Shown: positions 7,176 through 11,085 of the stretch, in pieces
Layout: every line of letters begins with the position of its first letter
Numbering within the stretch: position 1 is the stretch's first letter
From: Nanobdellota archaeon
Lineage (GTDB): Archaea > Aenigmatarchaeota > Aenigmatarchaeia > QMZP01
Assembly: GCA_043814765.1 (NCBI GenBank)
Contig: JBDRJQ010000021.1
Span: 1 to 11,085, forward strand
Direction: 5' to 3'
DNA: 11,085 nt
Program-made: the position numbers and the translations under genes
Notes under the pieces: model-generated
What the model was told of the DNA's origin: nothing
Databases searched by the model: none
The model's input: the letters and a program-made list of their open reading frames with translations, nothing else

Positions 7176-8531
7176 ATGCTATCTGAAAAAACATCTCTGA
7201 TAATATTGATCCTCTTAGCCTTAGCATTATGGATGCCTACTATCAACTACACAGAAACAGATGATACTGTTGTCTATGGCGAGCTTGCTGAATCATTTGC
7301 ATCAGGTGAAGGGTATGCAACAGGCGGAGTACCACATGCCCATCATTTACCATTATTCCCTATGATAGCAGCACCCCTAGTTTTACTGTTCACACCAATG
7401 TTTGCACTCAGAATAACTGCTCTTATTTTAGGCATATTTTCATTGATAGTTTGGTTTTACTTGGGAAAAGAAATATTTCCTGATAAAAACAGAGCATATT
7501 TCGTCCTATTGTTTTTATCACCAATGCTGCTACTCTACACACTTTTTAGAGGATTAGCAGAATCACCAATGATATTATTTTCATTATTATCTGTTCTGTT
7601 TATTTTGAGAGCAGACGCATCAAAAAAACATTACTATTATCTTGCAGGAATTTGCTTCGGTCTGGCTGCACTAAGCAGATACATGGGATTGGCGTTGGGA
7701 GTAGTTTACATACTATGGTTCTTTGTTGAAAGAAAAAAATATAATAAGCATTTTATTGCCAGCATGTTTATTGGTTTCTTCATATTCTCCTTGCTATTAA
7801 TAGAGAATTTCTTAGTGTTTGGAAATCCTCTACAATTCATATCAACTTTTGGAGAAGTAACATCAGCATCATTCCCAATATTCTTTAAAGTTCCTCTATA
7901 CTTTTCGATTTTCATACCAGCACTATTAGTTATGGCAGGAATATTGTTTATTCCGTTCTTTTTGAAAGGAATAGAAAGAGACAAATCACTATTCATACTG
8001 CTCATAGTTTTTGGTCTCATTTTCGCTTCTCTTGGCAATCTGAGATTCAGATATGTTGTACCATTAATACCGTTTGTTTTGGTAATAGCCTACAATGGTT
8101 ATCTTAAAACAAAGGATAAATGGAAGCATTTACTCTTACTGGGAATATTACTAAACCTTCTAATTACACCGTTTTTTGTCAGTGGTCAGTTCAAAGATCT
8201 TTCAGATAATATTTACACTCTACCAACACAGTGGGGCCAAGCCGGACTGAGAGGAGAAGAGGTTAATAATTGGATAAACCAAAACGTTCCTGAACAAACA
8301 AATATTGTGGCAAGGCATTCGCCTGTCTGGCAGGATTACTTCAGAGATGATATTAAAATGATAACTTTTGGAGAAGAAACGCCTGAAGAATTCTACGTAA
8401 TATATGATTATACATCATCTCAATTAAAACAAGAATTACCAAACGGAATATATGAAGAAGTTTTTTCTACGTCTCATCCTAAAACAGTTATCTATAAGGT
8501 TTCGCAACAATTAACAATAATAGATGAGTAG
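7176..8531 (+). CDS. GT-C fold integral membrane glycosyltransferase #2 (ArnT/PMT_2-like), 451 aa
   Basis: Polytopic protein with ETDDTVVY acidic motif after TM1 (DD at 7260-7265), HHLPLFP, AESP, GLAALSRY, RFRYVVPLIPF, and a small C-terminal soluble domain starting NNWINQNVP. Confidence 0.87.
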   Translation: MLSEKTSLIILILLALALWMPTINYTETDDTVVYGELAESFASGEGYATGGVPHAHHLPLFPMIAAPLVLLFTPMFALRITALILGIFSLIVWFYLGKEIFPDKNRAYFVLLFLSPMLLLYTLFRGLAESPMILFSLLSVLFILRADASKKHYYYLAGICFGLAALSRYMGLALGVVYILWFFVERKKYNKHFIASMFIGFFIFSLLLIENFLVFGNPLQFISTFGEVTSASFPIFFKVPLYFSIFIPALLVMAGILFIPFFLKGIERDKSLFILLIVFGLIFASLGNLRFRYVVPLIPFVLVIAYNGYLKTKDKWKHLLLLGILLNLLITPFFVSGQFKDLSDNIYTLPTQWGQAGLRGEEVNNWINQNVPEQTNIVARHSPVWQDYFRDDIKMITFGEETPEEFYVIYDYTSSQLKQELPNGIYEEVFSTSHPKTVIYKVSQQLTIIDE

Positions 8532-8537
8532 GGTTTT

Positions 8538-9437
8538 ATGAACAAAAAAAGATGGTTGCAACTCATTGCAGGAGTAGTGATATTTGTAATATTTCTTAGA
8601 TGGATAAACCTTGCTGATTCACTTTTTGTTATATTTCAAACCAATTGGTTTATTTTTGCTGTTGCAATGGGAATGGCTGTTGTTACTCAATTTATCAGAT
8701 CTCTGAGGTTTTATTATTTATCCAAAGGAACTGGTGTTAGCCTCAATTTAAAAAAGATTATACTCACCCAATTCATGACATCTCTTGCTGGCGTAGTGAC
8801 ACCTGGAAGAGTTGGAGAAGGTGGAAAGATATTTTTCTTCGATAACAAGAAAACATTAACGTTCTCTTTCTTAACAGAAAAGATTGGAGATTTTTCGTTG
8901 CAGTTTATTGTTGGATTGTTAGCTATATTCACATTCCAAGTTTATGGTGATTTATTCGTATTCATTTTAGCATTATTCATTATAGGAATAATATCACTTC
9001 TGAAGATAGACAGATTACTAAACTTTATTCTTAGAAGACAGGAGTTTGAGAAGGGATGGTTTACAAACCTATTCAAAAAATTAAGCAGGAAAACATTGTT
9101 AATTTTCATATTTTTCACAGTTTTAATATGGTTTAACATAAACCTTTCTGTTTGGGTTTACTCCATATCTCTAGGGTTTAGTTTGAGTTTGCTGCTTCTG
9201 TTACAGATATTTACAATTGCTAACCTTATAGGAGCCATATCAGGAACCCCTGGAGGAGTAGGATCAACACAAATAATTTTCACATTTCTTTTAGTCACTT
9301 TCTTAAGTTTAACGCAAACAAATGCTGCAGCTCTTACCTTGATTGTAATGATAGGGGGCTACATAATTTACACTGTTCTAACCCTAATATCCTACGCGTT
9401 CTATAAAATGGTATACTCAAAAGAGAAAAAGGCATAA
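8538..9437 (+). CDS. UPF0104 / lysylphosphatidylglycerol-synthase-TM-like membrane protein, putative lipid-linked sugar flippase, 299 aa
   Basis: Highly hydrophobic, with family motifs RSLRF, TPGRVGE, TEKIGD and TPGGVG. No soluble aminoacyl-transferase domain. Confidence 0.82.
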   Translation: MNKKRWLQLIAGVVIFVIFLRWINLADSLFVIFQTNWFIFAVAMGMAVVTQFIRSLRFYYLSKGTGVSLNLKKIILTQFMTSLAGVVTPGRVGEGGKIFFFDNKKTLTFSFLTEKIGDFSLQFIVGLLAIFTFQVYGDLFVFILALFIIGIISLLKIDRLLNFILRRQEFEKGWFTNLFKKLSRKTLLIFIFFTVLIWFNINLSVWVYSISLGFSLSLLLLLQIFTIANLIGAISGTPGGVGSTQIIFTFLLVTFLSLTQTNAAALTLIVMIGGYIIYTVLTLISYAFYKMVYSKEKKA

Positions 9438-9487
9438 ATACCCTTTTATTATTAATTAATCGCTACATGTTGTTTATAGGAGAAATT

Positions 9488-10591
9488 ATGCGCATATTGA
9501 TAATAAATCATGAATTTCCTCCTCTTGGTGGTGGAGGCGGAAACGCCAACTATTATATAGCAAGAGAGTTGGTTAAATTAGGCCATGAAGTAGATGTTGT
9601 TACCTCTGCTTTTGCCAATCTTAAAAGCGAAACAATAGACGGTTTTAGAGTCCACAGAATAAAAACGAAAAGGAAAAAGGAAACTCATGCAACAGCAATA
9701 GAAATGTTATCCTTTTCAAAAAGCGCATATGCTTACTGTAAAAAACTAATGAAACAAAAAAATTATGACGTAATACAGTGCTTCTTCACATTGCCTGCTG
9801 GACTCACAGGATACTTCTTATCAAAAAAATTCAAAAAGCCAATGGTGATAAGGATGGGTGGTTCTGACGTTCCAGGTTATGACCCTTACAGATTCGGTAC
9901 GCTTTACAAACTCTTGATGCCAGTATACAAAAAGGTATGGAACCATGCAGACAAGCTAATTGTTAACAGCCAGAAACTGAAAGATCTTTTGCTGAAAAGT
10001 AAGCAAATGAAAGTTGGGATAATATATAATGGTGTTGATTCTAGTGAGATGAAACCAAAAAGAAATTCAGACGGTAAAACAATAATATGCACATCCAGGC
10101 TTGTAAAAAGAAAAGGAATTGATTGTCTTTTGAGAGCACTGAAAGACATAAAAGAATTCCGTTTGTTGTTAATAGGAGACGGTCCGGAAAAAACATTACT
10201 AGAGCAATTAACAAAACAATTGGGTATAGAGAAAAACGTTCATTTTATAGGAACTGTTCCTCATAACAAAATAATAAATTACCTCAACAAATCAGACATA
10301 TTTGTTTTACCTTCATTTGCTGAGGGCATGTCCAATGCTTTGTTAGAAGCAATATCATCTGGTCTGCCAGCTGTGATAACAGATGTTGGCGGTTCTAGAG
10401 AGTTGGTAAAAAATAACGGTGTTATAATTGAACCAGGAAATGAAAAACAACTAAAAGATGCTTTAGAGAAACTTCTCAACAGCAAAAAACTTAGAGATGA
10501 AATGTCTAAAGAGAGTCTGATTGTTGCAAAGAAATTCACATGGGAAAACATAGCAAAGGAATATGAAAATCTTTACAAAGAACTAATATGA
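9488..10591 (+). CDS. GT4 family (GT-B fold) glycosyltransferase, 367 aa
   Basis: MRILIINHEFPPLGGGGG, GHEVDVVT, IYNGVD, SRLVKRKG, IGDGP, and the EX7E motif EGMSNALLE followed by TDVGG. Start placed at ATG 9488 because GGAGA (9479-9483) precedes it and MRILII is the typical N-terminus. Confidence 0.94.
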   Translation: MRILIINHEFPPLGGGGGNANYYIARELVKLGHEVDVVTSAFANLKSETIDGFRVHRIKTKRKKETHATAIEMLSFSKSAYAYCKKLMKQKNYDVIQCFFTLPAGLTGYFLSKKFKKPMVIRMGGSDVPGYDPYRFGTLYKLLMPVYKKVWNHADKLIVNSQKLKDLLLKSKQMKVGIIYNGVDSSEMKPKRNSDGKTIICTSRLVKRKGIDCLLRALKDIKEFRLLLIGDGPEKTLLEQLTKQLGIEKNVHFIGTVPHNKIINYLNKSDIFVLPSFAEGMSNALLEAISSGLPAVITDVGGSRELVKNNGVIIEPGNEKQLKDALEKLLNSKKLRDEMSKESLIVAKKFTWENIAKEYENLYKELI

Positions 10592-10609
10592 TTAAGGAAT
10601 CGATATAAT

Positions 10610-11085
10610 ATGTGCGGAATAACTGGTATAGCGGGATTCATGGATAGAGCATTACTAAAGAAAATGACAGATGTTATAGAACATAGAGGACCAGACGATC
10701 ATGGATATTATAGTGATAAAGACGTTTCCTTAGGCAGCAGAAGATTGAGTATTATAGATTTGAAAAAAAGCAAACAACCAGTTTTTAATGAGAACAAGGA
10801 TATTGTTATTGTTTACAACGGAGAAATTTACAATTTTAAAGAGCTTCGAGAGCAGCTTCAGAAGAGCGGACACAAGTTTTCAACAGATGGTGATACTGAA
10901 GTTATTGTTCATCTGTACGAAGAATACGGTGAAGACTGCGTAACGAAACTAAACGGCATGTTCGCATTTGCTATATGGGATATGCGAAACAAAAAACTGT
11001 TTTTAGCAAGAGATCGGCTCGGAATTAAACCACTATATTACACCCAAATAGGAAGTAAATTCCTATTTGGGTCAGAGATAAAGAG
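10610..11085 (+). CDS. asnB: Asparagine synthase (glutamine-hydrolysing)-like amidotransferase, N-terminal class II GATase domain; runs off the window
   Basis: Hand translation: MCGITGIAGF...IEHRGPDD...LGSRRLSIIDL...QPVFNE...VYNGEIYNFKELR...DTEVIVHLYEEYG...LNGMFAFAIWD...LARDRLGIKPLYY...FGSEIKE. It has the N-terminal nucleophile Cys2. AAGGAA lies at 10594-10599 upstream. Confidence 0.95.
   Translation, partial: MCGITGIAGFMDRALLKKMTDVIEHRGPDDHGYYSDKDVSLGSRRLSIIDLKKSKQPVFNENKDIVIVYNGEIYNFKELREQLQKSGHKFSTDGDTEVIVHLYEEYGEDCVTKLNGMFAFAIWDMRNKKLFLARDRLGIKPLYYTQIGSKFLFGSEIK

Noticed and set aside
8538..9437. mprF call
   Set aside because: Only a ~300-aa membrane domain is present and the aminoacyl-transferase domain is absent.
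9444..9460. AT-rich palindrome ATTAATTAAT with a TATA-like run upstream of GT4
   Set aside because: It might be an internal promoter or operator, but it is expected by chance at this AT content.
9467..9487. Longer GT4 start at 9467 from the ORF track
   Set aside because: ATG 9488 has an SD-like GGAGA and gives the typical GT4 N-terminus.
6410..10551. Short ORFs 6410..6601 (+) and 7706..8038, 8714..8932, 8942..9139, 9904..10149, 10279..10551 (-)
   Set aside because: Antisense to confident genes, with no recognisable domains.
10588..10608. Mini-ORF MIKESI* overlapping the GT4 stop (ATGA) and ending 1 bp before the asnB start
   Set aside because: It could relay translational coupling, but six codons arise easily by chance and asnB has its own purine-rich upstream site.
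1..11085. CRISPR arrays, tRNA/rRNA, IS elements, long repeats
   Set aside because: No intergenic gap exceeds 83 bp, and I saw no periodic repeats, transposase motifs or terminal inverted repeats by eye.

Overview
An AT-rich (roughly one-third GC by eye), very gene-dense window that is entirely a cell-surface glycan/glycolipid biosynthesis and modification cluster. It has ten CDS in four alternating blocks: [GT2 polyprenol-phosphate glycosyltransferase, partial, -] | [B12-binding radical SAM #1, FAD-dependent oxidoreductase, +] | [class I SAM methyltransferase, GT-C membrane glycosyltransferase #1, B12-binding radical SAM #2, -] | [GT-C #2, UPF0104 flippase-like protein, GT4, AsnB-like amidotransferase, partial, +]. 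The two edge genes (GT2 at <1..476, asnB at 10610..>11085) are missing from the supplied ORF track and were translated by hand. Compactness and gene content suggest a small-genome archaeon (DPANN-like) or a CPR-like organism, but this is inference only. The most interesting aspect is two cobalamin-dependent radical SAM enzymes plus redox, methyl and amido tailoring enzymes wired into a lipid-carrier/flippase/GT-C delivery route. This suggests an uncharacterised pathway making an unusual (C-methylated or ring-rearranged) sugar for surface display. I saw no RNA genes, CRISPR arrays or mobile elements.
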